Shown here piece by piece: positions 29,895 through 39,733 of a stretch of DNA of 64,000 bases. The notes below the pieces were generated by a model. That model worked only from the letters and a program-made list of their open reading frames with translations, was not told the origin of the DNA and made no database searches. Each line of letters starts with the position of its first letter. The first letter of the stretch is position 1. The position numbers and the translations under genes are program-made. The stretch is from the NCBI GenBank assembly GCA_951813565.1, contig OX638351.1, positions 1,472,001 through 1,536,000 of the forward strand, read 5' to 3'. This DNA comes from an uncultured Poribacteria bacterium. Its GTDB lineage: Bacteria; Poribacteria; WGA-4E; WGA-3G.

Positions 29895-30097
29895 AATTGT
29901 CGAAACCTTAGTATATTATATCATTCTTCTCTAAAATTGACAGCTTTTTCTTCTATTCTTCATTTTGTAGCACGAACTGTTCCTTTGTGGCCACGCGTGT
30001 CGCAAACTAAATGGTCCTGCTGTGCCTCTATTTTACCTTGAAAGATCTACCGGAATATGCTATGCTGTAGACATCACAAATCGAAGGGAATATTTTG

Positions 30098-31519
30098 ATG
30101 TCTCATTCAAGCAAAAAACGACCTAACCTCATTTATGTTTTCGCAGATCAACTCCGCTATCAATCATGTGGCTACGCAGGGGATACCCGCGCGCGTACGC
30201 CAAACATCGACCGACTTGCCACAGATGGAGCGAATTTCTGTAACGCAGTCTCTGGTAGTCCGATGTGTGCACCTTACCGTGCCTCGTTATTCACTGGCAA
30301 ATATGCAAGTAGCACTGGCATGGCAATCAATGAACTCCGCATGAACCCAAACCATGACTGTTTCGGACACGTTTTGCATCGCAACGGTTATCAGACAAGT
30401 TATATCGGAAAGTGGCACTTGTGGGCAAATCAGTTGGGAAAACATCACGACCCTCAGAATTCGTATATTCCGCCAGGAGCGCATCGACTCGGTTTTGATG
30501 GAGAGTGGTCAGCATACAATTTCCATCATACCTATTTCGACACATATTATCATAAAGATAGTCCAGAAAAGATTACGATTCCCGGTTATGAACCGGATGG
30601 ACAGACAGATTTAGCGATTGACTATCTTCAACGCGCATCAAAAGAAGACAATCCTTTCGCACTTTTCCTCTCAATAGGCACACCGCATGACCCGTGGACA
30701 CAGAACAACGTTCCGAGTGTTTATTATGAGATGTTCCAAGATGCTGACTTCCCGTTACCACCGAACTATAAAGAAGAAAACGACCCTTATGGCGATACGT
30801 GGGCAATGATGTCCGCGGGAAACCGTGCTAAATTACCTGAATGGATGCGTGTTTATTACGCAATGACGACTAATTTGGATTGGAATATCGGTAGGTTGCT
30901 GCAAGCTATTGATGAACTCGGATTACGGGACGACACTATCTTTGTGTTTACCTCTGACCATGGTGAGATGTTCGGTGCGCAGGGACGCAAGGCAAAGAAT
31001 ATCTTTTATGAAGAAGCGGTGCGTATTCCGTTTCTTGTCCGTTGGGACAGCCAAATTCCGAATGGATATGTCACGGACGCATGCTTAAATACACCGGACA
31101 TCATGCCAACGCTACTGTCAATGATGGAGCTGCCAATTCCAAAAGATGTTGAAGGTTCAGATCTCAGTCTGGCAGCATTTAATCACCCCTTCAATGAACC
31201 AGAGGCTGCGTTTATGCAAGGAATGGGATGTACAGCGAAATGGGAAGATGGTTACGAATGGCGAGCCCTCCGAACAAAGCAGCATACTTATGCTGTTCAC
31301 CGTCCTGATGGATGTGAGAAGCTTTTTGACAATGTGGCTGACCCATTCCAAACCCGTAATTTAGCAGATGACACTGCATCGGCAGCGTTTCGAGATGATC
31401 TCCGTGAGATGTTAAAGCAACGCATGAATGCGCTTAACGATACCTTTGAAGCATGCACGTGGTATCGGGACAATTGGACAGAGGATCGGATTATTCTAAG
31501 AACAGCAACGCTGAAATAG
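30098..31519 (+). CDS. Sulfatase
   Basis: FADQ, CAPYR motif, GKWH, SDHGEM. Confidence 0.92.
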   Translation: MSHSSKKRPNLIYVFADQLRYQSCGYAGDTRARTPNIDRLATDGANFCNAVSGSPMCAPYRASLFTGKYASSTGMAINELRMNPNHDCFGHVLHRNGYQTSYIGKWHLWANQLGKHHDPQNSYIPPGAHRLGFDGEWSAYNFHHTYFDTYYHKDSPEKITIPGYEPDGQTDLAIDYLQRASKEDNPFALFLSIGTPHDPWTQNNVPSVYYEMFQDADFPLPPNYKEENDPYGDTWAMMSAGNRAKLPEWMRVYYAMTTNLDWNIGRLLQAIDELGLRDDTIFVFTSDHGEMFGAQGRKAKNIFYEEAVRIPFLVRWDSQIPNGYVTDACLNTPDIMPTLLSMMELPIPKDVEGSDLSLAAFNHPFNEPEAAFMQGMGCTAKWEDGYEWRALRTKQHTYAVHRPDGCEKLFDNVADPFQTRNLADDTASAAFRDDLREMLKQRMNALNDTFEACTWYRDNWTEDRIILRTATLK

Positions 31520-31595
31520 ATTTATACACAGCTTTCAAGCGGACTATTTTGTTATGGAGTGCTTACTGGGAGTTAGTCAATTTCCATAGAAATTT

Positions 31596-32561
31596 TTAAT
31601 ACCACACCGCTTTATCTACAACGTTCTGTAATGGTTCGCCCGCAGCGAATTGACGCGCGTTTTCTAAAAGAATCTCAAAGTGGCGTTCCGAGATATTTTC
31701 CGCATCCTTAACGGCAATATGTGGCGTTATTAGGACATTAGGCATTTGCCACAGCGGACTTTCGGCAGGCAAAGGTTCAACTTCAAAAACATCTAATCCA
31801 CATCCTGCAATAGTTCCTTGCTCAAGTGCTTCAATAAGGTCAGCGAGTTTTGTTGTTTTACCACGACCAATGTTGATGAAATAAGCTGTCTTTTTCATGA
31901 GTGCGAAGCGATTTTTGTGCCACATCCCTTCCGTTTCTGGTGTGTGAGGTGTCGTAACTATCACAAAGTCGGCAAACGGAAGGAGCGAGTCTAATTCTGA
32001 GGGGGCATGTTTTTCCACAAACGGCACTGCATATTCCCATCTTGCGTCAACACCGATCACCTGCATACCAAATTCGGCACAGAGCCGCGCTGTTTCGTGT
32101 CCAATTCCACCCACACCGACAATTAGCGCAGTCGCCTGCGCGAGGTCAACATATCCACTTTTGCGTGCATTATTTTCCCAGATGCCCTCGCGTTGTGCAT
32201 CCATGTAGTAAGGCAACCCGCGAGCCAACGCAAGCACAAACATCATGATATGTTGTGCGATGTGGTCATTGTAAATACCACGTGGATTACATACAACAAC
32301 CGGATGCTCAATCATTGCAGGGTAATAGTAGCCGGGGGAAGGACCAGCTGCAGGACTCTGTAACCATCGCAATTTTTTCGCCAACGGCAGTTGTTCAGGA
32401 GATACCCAACCGTAGACTGCATCTGCATCGGGAAGATGTGCGTTTACGTCTTCTTCTGTTTGCGGTAAAATAACAGTGTATTCGGGCAATTCGTTCTTAA
32501 TACGTTCTGCCCACGCGTGTAATTCTGTGTTCTGTGGTGGCATCATTATGAGTTTCGGCAT
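31596..32561 (-). CDS. D-2-hydroxyacid dehydrogenase
   Basis: GVGGIG, INIGRG, LDVFEVEPL, ITPH. Confidence 0.92.
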   Translation of the reverse strand: MPKLIMMPPQNTELHAWAERIKNELPEYTVILPQTEEDVNAHLPDADAVYGWVSPEQLPLAKKLRWLQSPAAGPSPGYYYPAMIEHPVVVCNPRGIYNDHIAQHIMMFVLALARGLPYYMDAQREGIWENNARKSGYVDLAQATALIVGVGGIGHETARLCAEFGMQVIGVDARWEYAVPFVEKHAPSELDSLLPFADFVIVTTPHTPETEGMWHKNRFALMKKTAYFINIGRGKTTKLADLIEALEQGTIAGCGLDVFEVEPLPAESPLWQMPNVLITPHIAVKDAENISERHFEILLENARQFAAGEPLQNVVDKAVWY

Positions 32562-32584
32562 AGATTCTTCCTTTCTTGTTATTT

Positions 32585-32821
32585 TATAGTAAAACCTAAA
32601 AGTATGTGCACACTCCCCAGTAGATGCGGTTTCCTAACCGCATCTATGAGACTGAATAAACACCGGTTCGGTTAGGAAACCGAACCCGCCAAATGCCAAA
32701 AAGCGCATTTGGCGTTGATTTGGCTAAATGCCTTACGCGCATTTGGCGTTGATTTGGCTAAATGCCTTACGCGCATTTGGCGTTGATTCGTAGTGTGCAA
32801 ATAATTATGGTTTTTACTATA
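32585..32821. mobile_element. MITE with ~30-bp TATAGTAAAA TIRs enclosing REPs and a tandem repeat
   Basis: tatagtaaaacctaaaagtatgtgcacact / agtgtgcaaataattatggtttttactata. Confidence 0.72.
32687..32788. repeat. 3 x 34-bp tandem hairpin repeat
   Basis: tggctaaatgccttacgcgcatttggcgttgatt twice, preceded by one variant unit. Confidence 0.9.
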
Positions 32822-32873
32822 ATATTTTCCGTTAACCAAATTTCTTTTATATTAACGGAAAATATGGTATAAT
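32822..32873 (+). promoter_or_regulatory. 14-bp inverted repeat abutting an extended -10 box (putative TA operator)
   Basis: atattttccgttaa-16 bp-ttaacggaaaatat then TGGTATAAT. Confidence 0.55.
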
Positions 32874-32922
32874 TCAAATGAAAATGTATAAGAAATTAGT
32901 GAAACTTTTATAGGATCAGCGA

Positions 32923-33413
32923 TTGCAAAATCAATTTCAAAACTTGAAAATCTATCTTGACACTTGTTGTTTAAGTCGTCTCTTTGATAATCAAACACAG
33001 GAGCGAATTCAGCAGGAAACCCAAGCTATAGCAGCAATAATAGGTTTCTTCGCAACAATTAGCAATGGGTTATTAGCGATTTTTTGATGGTGGAGGTATT
33101 AAAGAATCCTAATTCAAATCAACGTAATATGATAAAAGATCTTCTAAATTACGCACATCATACTGTTTATGTTAGCGAACAAGAAATCTTGAAAGCCATA
33201 CATCTTGAATTATTAAGTTTCAAGAGCGAAGACGCTTTGCATCTTGCATGTGCAGAGCGAGGCAATGCTGATGTATTCTTGACAACGGATGACAAGTTTG
33301 TCCGGAAAACGAAAAGTATTCAAGTTCGTAATAAACTTTTCGTTCAGGTTGAAAACCCTTACACGTGGTTACAGGAGGTTCTTAAAAATGAACACCCAAG
33401 CGATACTAAATGA
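32923..33413 (+). pseudogene. PIN-domain toxin, frameshifted near 33050-33065
   Basis: LKIYLDTCCLSRLFDNQTQERIQQE in one frame; QWVISDFL..DALHLACAE..FLTTDD in the next. Confidence 0.8.
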
Positions 33414-33582
33414 AAAGATGGCAGAACTCCGCCACTCCGACCCAGAACTTCATGCACTTTTAGATAAAATCCTTAAAGACAAAAGTGGTGAAGGCGATTA
33501 TACAACTGACCGACACAAATTGCCCGAACAAGATATCAAGGCGATTCTCAAGGAAATCCAGCAAGCGCGAAAGCCAGAATAG
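33388..33582 (+). CDS. Small putative antitoxin partner of the PIN protein
   Basis: 64 aa, GEGDYTTDRH motif, RBS aggagg, overlaps PIN gene end. Confidence 0.65.
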   Translation: MNTQAILNEKMAELRHSDPELHALLDKILKDKSGEGDYTTDRHKLPEQDIKAILKEIQQARKPE

Positions 33583-33647
33583 AGAACGGAAGTCATTGAA
33601 CCCATTCACGAAATGGGTTAGTACTACACACCGAAGAGGTTGAAAGA

Positions 33648-35018
33648 ATGGCACCGTTAAAAATTGATTTTGACAAAGGCACTCTCATCCTACAAAACGT
33701 CCCAGAGGAATTCCAATCACAGTTACCAGATATCCGCTGGGACGAACGCACGCTTACCCATCGTGCGCCTGCCTACCGTTATCGCCATATCGTCTCGCAG
33801 CTGCGTGCACACGACATCCCGTATAACGATACAGCACGACAATTCACAGTCAAAACCTTTACCAATCAAAAGTCCGTATCACCCTATCCCTACCAGTCTG
33901 AAGCAGTTGATGCATGGCACGCAAACAACAAGCGGGGCGTTATAAGCCTTCCGACAGGTGCAGGCAAAACCTTCATCGCAATTCTGCTCATTGCGGAGAC
34001 GCAACGCCCAACGCTTGTACATGTGCCGACAATTGACTTAATGCATCAATGGTACGAAGTGCTAAAAGAACATTTTGGACAAGAGGTAGGGCTTTATGGT
34101 GGCGGACAACACGAATTACGAGACCTCACCGTGACAACGTATCAATCTGCAGTACTGCATGCACCTCACTACGGAAATAGGTTCGGTTTTGTTATTTTTG
34201 ACGAATGCCATCACCTACCGGGAGACCAGTATCAATACGCAGCAATCAGTAGTATTGCACCTTTCCGTTTGGGGTTGACAGCCACCCCAGAACGTGTTGA
34301 TGGAAAAGAGAGTAGACTCTATGCACTCGTGGGTGAATGTTGTTATGAGGCGAAGGTGAAAGAACTCTCAGGAAAAACGCTCTCCGAATACCGAGTTGTC
34401 ACGATTGCAGTCGATATGGAAGACACTGAGCGAGTTCAGTATGAGGAAGCGCGCCGCACCTATTTGAATTTCCTTAAGAAAGCAAAAATCAATATGGGAA
34501 CATCGCGCGGATGGCAAACGTTTTTGTGGAAATCCTCACAATCCGAAGCGGGACGTGCCGCTTTCAAAGCATATCTTACACAGAAGCAGCTTAGTTTCGC
34601 CTCCGCTGCAAAACAGGAGTGGGTGTGGAAACTAATTCAGCGGCATCGTGGCGATCGAATCCTCATCTTTACGCAGGATAACGATACGGCGTATCAAATA
34701 GGGACGCGTTTCTTTCTGCCAGTATTGACACATCAAACAAAACTGAAAGAGCGGAACGCCTTTTTAAATGGATTCCGCGATGGCACTTATTCTATCCTTG
34801 TTACCTCTAAAGTGCTAAATGAGGGGGTAGATGTACCGGAAGCGAATGTCGCTATTATTGTTTCAGGGAGCGGTAGCGTGCGTGAGCATGTGCAGCGGTT
34901 AGGACGTATCCTCCGCAAACGGGAAGGCAAACAGGCTGTGCTTTACGAACTCATTTCTAAACAGACCAGCGAACAATATGTTAACAAGCGACGAAGACAG
35001 CACCACGCGTACCAATAA
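33648..35018 (+). CDS. XPB/Rad25-like SF2 helicase
   Basis: LPTGAGKT, DECHH, GLTATP, LNEGVDVP, QRLGRILR. Confidence 0.9.
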   Translation: MAPLKIDFDKGTLILQNVPEEFQSQLPDIRWDERTLTHRAPAYRYRHIVSQLRAHDIPYNDTARQFTVKTFTNQKSVSPYPYQSEAVDAWHANNKRGVISLPTGAGKTFIAILLIAETQRPTLVHVPTIDLMHQWYEVLKEHFGQEVGLYGGGQHELRDLTVTTYQSAVLHAPHYGNRFGFVIFDECHHLPGDQYQYAAISSIAPFRLGLTATPERVDGKESRLYALVGECCYEAKVKELSGKTLSEYRVVTIAVDMEDTERVQYEEARRTYLNFLKKAKINMGTSRGWQTFLWKSSQSEAGRAAFKAYLTQKQLSFASAAKQEWVWKLIQRHRGDRILIFTQDNDTAYQIGTRFFLPVLTHQTKLKERNAFLNGFRDGTYSILVTSKVLNEGVDVPEANVAIIVSGSGSVREHVQRLGRILRKREGKQAVLYELISKQTSEQYVNKRRRQHHAYQ

Positions 35019-35118
35019 ACAAAATTAAGGCACAGTATCGGGGTTGAAAACCCCTCCCACAGTATCAGGTAAAAAACATGTGCTGTAATAAATTCCCTAT
35101 CGCATCACACTAAATACC

Positions 35119-36363
35119 ATGCTTACCAAAGATCTACTCCGATACAAAATTCAGAGCGGACAAATCTATCCTCAATTTGTTAATCCTACCGATAACAAAT
35201 TGCTGACAATTGCTGATCAATTAATCGCTGTCTTTGAAGAATCATCAGACAAAGCACGGGCAAAGTTATTAGAGGCGAGTAAACATGTTATTGATAGCAC
35301 AACGGGGACACCTATAATCAAGCGCGGGTTTGAAAAACTCTTGTTAGATCGGACAGAATTTGATACTGCTCCTAACGAAGAACTGATTGCGTTTCGGCAA
35401 AAGCTTTTTACTGAGACAAGTCGCTTGCTTGCACAAGAGCAGTTTCTGCATTATGCGGACTATCAGCAAAAAGTTTCACAGATAGCAGGAAACGAATCGC
35501 AACCCGAGGGGGAATTGGGTGATAGGTTGTACGCTGATTTGCCGAGTTGTCAACCGATTTTGTCTTTCAAAACACTTTCTGCTGAACACCTGCTTCACCG
35601 CTACAACACTGCACAGGTACAAGGGTTGCTCCTGCATTGTAATTCCCTCACTTTAAATCTCACCGATTCCATGACTGCTGAACTGCGCCAGTTGTTTAAA
35701 TATCTTAGATTTAATCAACTCCTTTCCACAATTCGGAAAGAGAAAGTCGAAAACGAGGATTTGTTCCAGATTACGGTGGACGGGCCGCTCAACCTATTTT
35801 ACAAAACAAAGCGGTACGGTATGAATTTGGCGAATTTCTTCGTCGCCGTATTGCATCAACCGAAATGGGAATTGACTGCTGATATTCAACTCCGAAATAA
35901 ACGGAGTTCGCGATTATATCTCAATGAATCGTGTGGGATAAAACCGATTTCACAACAATTTCTTGCTTATATTCCTGAAGATATTCAACTCTTTCAGGAG
36001 ATGCTCCGCAACAAAACGGATGAATGGCAGATTTATCAAGGAAGTCAATTTCTCCCTTTACCGGGAGATTTCTATTGCTTTCCAGATTATCAATTAACCC
36101 ACACCAGCGGCGTAGAAGTGGCAATGGAGTTATTCCATCCATGGCATCAAGGTCATCTTCTTGCGCGTCTCAACACACTTGCAGAACAAACCGATACCCT
36201 TCTAATACTTGGTGTTTCAAAAGAATTGGAGAAAAAACCGATAATTGCAGAGGCGTTGGAAGTATCTGCATATTTCTCAAAGTTCGGCTTTACCTTCCGT
36301 GATGTCCCGACAATGGGTGCCCTGCTGCCGATTTTGAATTCACTTGTTGACAATGACCTTTAA
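35119..36363 (+). CDS. DUF790 (Bax1-like) endonuclease
   Basis: MLTKDLL, LYADL, RYNTAQVQGLL, VDGPLNLF..RYG; adjacent to XPB. Confidence 0.85.
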   Translation: MLTKDLLRYKIQSGQIYPQFVNPTDNKLLTIADQLIAVFEESSDKARAKLLEASKHVIDSTTGTPIIKRGFEKLLLDRTEFDTAPNEELIAFRQKLFTETSRLLAQEQFLHYADYQQKVSQIAGNESQPEGELGDRLYADLPSCQPILSFKTLSAEHLLHRYNTAQVQGLLLHCNSLTLNLTDSMTAELRQLFKYLRFNQLLSTIRKEKVENEDLFQITVDGPLNLFYKTKRYGMNLANFFVAVLHQPKWELTADIQLRNKRSSRLYLNESCGIKPISQQFLAYIPEDIQLFQEMLRNKTDEWQIYQGSQFLPLPGDFYCFPDYQLTHTSGVEVAMELFHPWHQGHLLARLNTLAEQTDTLLILGVSKELEKKPIIAEALEVSAYFSKFGFTFRDVPTMGALLPILNSLVDNDL

Positions 36364-36465
36364 GCAGACAACAAATTCAATCTAAACATTGGAAATCAGT
36401 CTTGATTAACTCCCTTAGATTCTGGTAGAATAGAGGCGAACAATACCGATGGCAAGGAGAGAAAA

Positions 36466-38067
36466 ATGAGATGTTTTGAAACCCGAGGTCCCGTAAATTC
36501 GCAGAAGAACTACGTCGTTTCACGCGCTGAGGAAACCTCAGATTTCATCAATCGCATCAAAAATGGTAGATATATTGTCCTCTTCGCACCACGGCAGACA
36601 GGCAAAACCACTTTCTTCCGTCACGCTCTTGACAGACTCTCAACAGAAGTCCCAGACTACTTCCCAATTCAATTAGATTTCCAAATACTGCGCAATGTCT
36701 CATCTAATGTTTTTTACCAACGGTTCTATGAGCTGGTCCGTGGTCAAATAGAAACTGTTTTACGCCAGCGTGGAAAGAATACCAATCAAACTCTAATACG
36801 ATTTTTAGAAACCGCAAAACTTACTGACCATATTGCGATGATAAGATTTTTTGAACAATTGGCGAATTTACTACAAGATCAGCGAATCGTTCTTATCATT
36901 GATGAATTTGATGGTATTCCTCAAGATGTTGTGAGTGATTTTCTATATTCGCTCAGACATGTCTATATATCTCGGACTACTACTCGATCACCCTATAGCC
37001 TTGGCATCGTCGGTGTCAAAAATATCACACAGTTAAACTATGACCGATCGATTTCGCCTTTCAATATCCAAGATGATTTCAACTTACCCAACTTTACGCT
37101 TGAACAAGTGCAGGAACTGCTATTGCAGTATACCGAAGAAACCGGACAAACTTTCACCTCAGAAGTAATTGAAATGTTGCATAGACAGACAGGCGGGCAA
37201 CCCTTTCTCGTTAATCGATTCGCACAGATTCTTACCGACGAACTCAATATCCCAAAAACTGAGACAATTCGCATGGAACATTTTTTCTTAGCACACGCAC
37301 AGATGTTGGAAGAACAGAATACCAACATAACTCATTTGCTTACTAATATTCGTAGAAACCCAAACTTTAAAAAGATTCTGATGAAAATTACATCTTATGA
37401 GCGAGGTATCAAATTTAGTTTGGATAATGAGATTATTAATGAACTTACTACTTACGGTGTCATTGCCAGAGGCACTGATGGCATGTGTGAGATTATTAAT
37501 CCGATTTACCAACATCGTATTATGCAAGCATTCAGACCAATAATTAACGGACTTGAACATGAATACTTTCCGGAGGATGCCGATTTTGAAGATTACCTCA
37601 CTTCCACAGGGCATATTGACTTGGAACGGCTTCTTGACAATTTTCGTGATTTTATTGCCCGCGTCGGCTTTCGCATACTTCAAGTGCCGGACACACCACA
37701 AGAATTTGTAGGACAGGACCTCCTTTACACCTATCTTGACCAGTTTGTCAGCATCGTACGCGGTGCCATGTATCTTGAAGTACAAACCGGACGTGGTAGG
37801 ATAGACCTTATCATTTTCCACAATGGACGAAAATATATCGTTGAAACAAAGATATGGGAAGGAAAACGACGCTATGAGGCAGGCAAAAGGCAGCTTATCG
37901 CATATCTCAAATTAGAACAAGCAGTAGAAGGTTACTACGTTGTCTTTGACCATCGCGAAAACCCGGCTTCACTTGTGGAAACCGAAACAGAAGAGGGTTT
38001 AACAATTCGCAGTTATGTGATTCCCGTGATGCAGGAACGGCCTTCATCGGCAACATCCGAAAAATAA
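36466..38067 (+). CDS. AAA-like ATPase with C-terminal PD-(D/E)xK-like domain
   Basis: FETRGPV, APRQTGKT, IIDEFD, SPFNI, TGGQP, GRGRIDL..VETKIW. Confidence 0.82.
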   Translation: MRCFETRGPVNSQKNYVVSRAEETSDFINRIKNGRYIVLFAPRQTGKTTFFRHALDRLSTEVPDYFPIQLDFQILRNVSSNVFYQRFYELVRGQIETVLRQRGKNTNQTLIRFLETAKLTDHIAMIRFFEQLANLLQDQRIVLIIDEFDGIPQDVVSDFLYSLRHVYISRTTTRSPYSLGIVGVKNITQLNYDRSISPFNIQDDFNLPNFTLEQVQELLLQYTEETGQTFTSEVIEMLHRQTGGQPFLVNRFAQILTDELNIPKTETIRMEHFFLAHAQMLEEQNTNITHLLTNIRRNPNFKKILMKITSYERGIKFSLDNEIINELTTYGVIARGTDGMCEIINPIYQHRIMQAFRPIINGLEHEYFPEDADFEDYLTSTGHIDLERLLDNFRDFIARVGFRILQVPDTPQEFVGQDLLYTYLDQFVSIVRGAMYLEVQTGRGRIDLIIFHNGRKYIVETKIWEGKRRYEAGKRQLIAYLKLEQAVEGYYVVFDHRENPASLVETETEEGLTIRSYVIPVMQERPSSATSEK

Positions 38068-38090
38068 TACCAAGAGAGGAAAATTTCGTT

Positions 38091-39020
38091 TTGGAAACAA
38101 CACTGATCAACAAGATACCTTACTTGACGATTGATAGAGATAACAACAAACGTTATAGTGTTGTGTTCAGTCCAGATGGAAAGACACTGGCTGGTGACAA
38201 GGACAACACTATCCGTTTTTGGGATGCCGCCACAGGGCAAGAAAAGAAGATGTTCTGGGTGGATATCGGAGAAAATCACACAAGGACTGTTAGAAGTATC
38301 GCATTCAGTCCAGATGGCCAAATTATTGCTGGTGGAGTTGACGAAAGTGAAACGATTTGTCTTTGGAATACGGAAACAGAGGAACAGATTAAAACATTGC
38401 GGGAGAGGACAAGTAAAGCATTGCATTGGGTCAATACCGTTGCATTTAGTGCAGGTGGTAAGATACTCGCAAGTGGAAGTGAAGATGGTAATCTTTACTT
38501 GTGGGATGCAGCAACAGGTGAAAAGCTAAAAGCACTTACTGAAGATACAGAGAATATCTTTAGCGTCGCGTTCAGTCCCGATGGAAATACGTTAGCGAGT
38601 GGAAATGCTGGCAACACAGTCCGTTTATGGGATATCGCTTCGGGTGAACACAAGGCAACCCTTGAAGGACATAATAATTGGGTTTTTAGCGTCGCGTTCA
38701 GTCCAGATAGCAAAACTCTCGCGAGCGGTAGTTGGGACAAAACTGTCCGCCTGTGGGATACTGCTACGCAAAGGGAACTAAAAATTCTCACTGGGCATAC
38801 GCACACTGTCTGGTGCGTTGCTTTTTGTCCAGATGGACAAACTGTCGCGAGTGGTAGTGAGGACAAGACAATCCACCTATGGGATATTAACACAGCGGAA
38901 CATCTCAAAACTATCACAGGACATACTGCATCTGTCAAAAGTGTAGCGTTCAGTCCTGACGGAACAAAACTCGCAAGTGGCAGTGAAGATGGCACGGTGC
39001 GACTGTGGGAAATAGCGTAA
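38091..39020 (+). CDS. WD40 repeat protein (about 7 repeats)
   Basis: Repeated SVAFSPDG..LASGS.D.TVRLWD. Confidence 0.95.
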   Translation: METTLINKIPYLTIDRDNNKRYSVVFSPDGKTLAGDKDNTIRFWDAATGQEKKMFWVDIGENHTRTVRSIAFSPDGQIIAGGVDESETICLWNTETEEQIKTLRERTSKALHWVNTVAFSAGGKILASGSEDGNLYLWDAATGEKLKALTEDTENIFSVAFSPDGNTLASGNAGNTVRLWDIASGEHKATLEGHNNWVFSVAFSPDSKTLASGSWDKTVRLWDTATQRELKILTGHTHTVWCVAFCPDGQTVASGSEDKTIHLWDINTAEHLKTITGHTASVKSVAFSPDGTKLASGSEDGTVRLWEIA

Positions 39021-39033
39021 GATGCATTTTCAT

Positions 39034-39205
39034 TTATGGTAGATTATTGATTTAATTAGACATATTTGTCTGTGAATCAACGCCAAATGCGCGCATGGCA
39101 TTCGGCGGGAGGGAACTCCGATTCCCGACTAAGAGTGGCATTAATCGCGATTCGGAGATCGCTCCTACAAGTGAGGTGTCCAATTCTTTCCATATTTCAC
39201 CATAA
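39034..39205. mobile_element. MITE-like element with imperfect TTATGGT TIRs enclosing REPs
   Basis: ttatggtag...aattagaca / tgtccaatt...ttcaccataa; similar end near 24293-24320. Confidence 0.5.
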
Positions 39206-39292
39206 TTGTCTTATTGACATAATTCGGGTTTTCAACTAAACTTATGACATAAAGGATAGGCTTAGTGTTCAATTTTATGATTATAAAAAACT

Positions 39293-39716
39293 TAACGTTA
39301 ACGTGAGCTCGGTAAAAGATATGAAGTCTTTAATGCTTTGAATTCTAATCTCATAACCTCGGTAGGTGCGGTTTCCTAACCGCACCATAAGCGTCAATTT
39401 AAGTTAAGAAAATGGATCTATTTTTGCGAATGTGTATAGCCCCAGCGGGGCGGAATGTTTATAGAAACAACGCACCCACAAATATAAGCTCCAGCGGGGC
39501 GAAATGTGTATAGTAGTAATGTATGTCGCTCCTACGGAGCTCAAGAAGTGTTGATAACTTTTTTCTATAAACATATCGTTCCTATGGAACTCAAGATGTA
39601 AAATCGGGTTTAGAAAACCCTCCTACAAGAAATCTTCACGAAATTGACGCCTATGGCGCGGTTTCCTAATCACACCAATTCCCTAAATTGCTTATACCGA
39701 ACTCACGTTAACGTTA
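39293..39716. mobile_element. MITE-like element with 26-bp IR ends enclosing nested REP pairs
   Basis: taacgttaacgtgagctcggtaaaag / cttataccgaactcacgttaacgtta (24/26 match). Confidence 0.75.
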
Positions 39717-39733
39717 TTCCAAAGGAGGCAATT

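Noticed and set aside
29745..30041. 98-aa ORF
   Set aside because: Reads through a MITE and intergenic DNA; no protein-like motifs
32687..32788. CRISPR array
   Set aside because: 34-bp units are contiguous with no spacers; no cas genes in the window
39644..39733. N-terminal extension of the ThuA protein
   Set aside because: Runs through MITE/REP sequence; a strong RBS precedes the ATG at 39734
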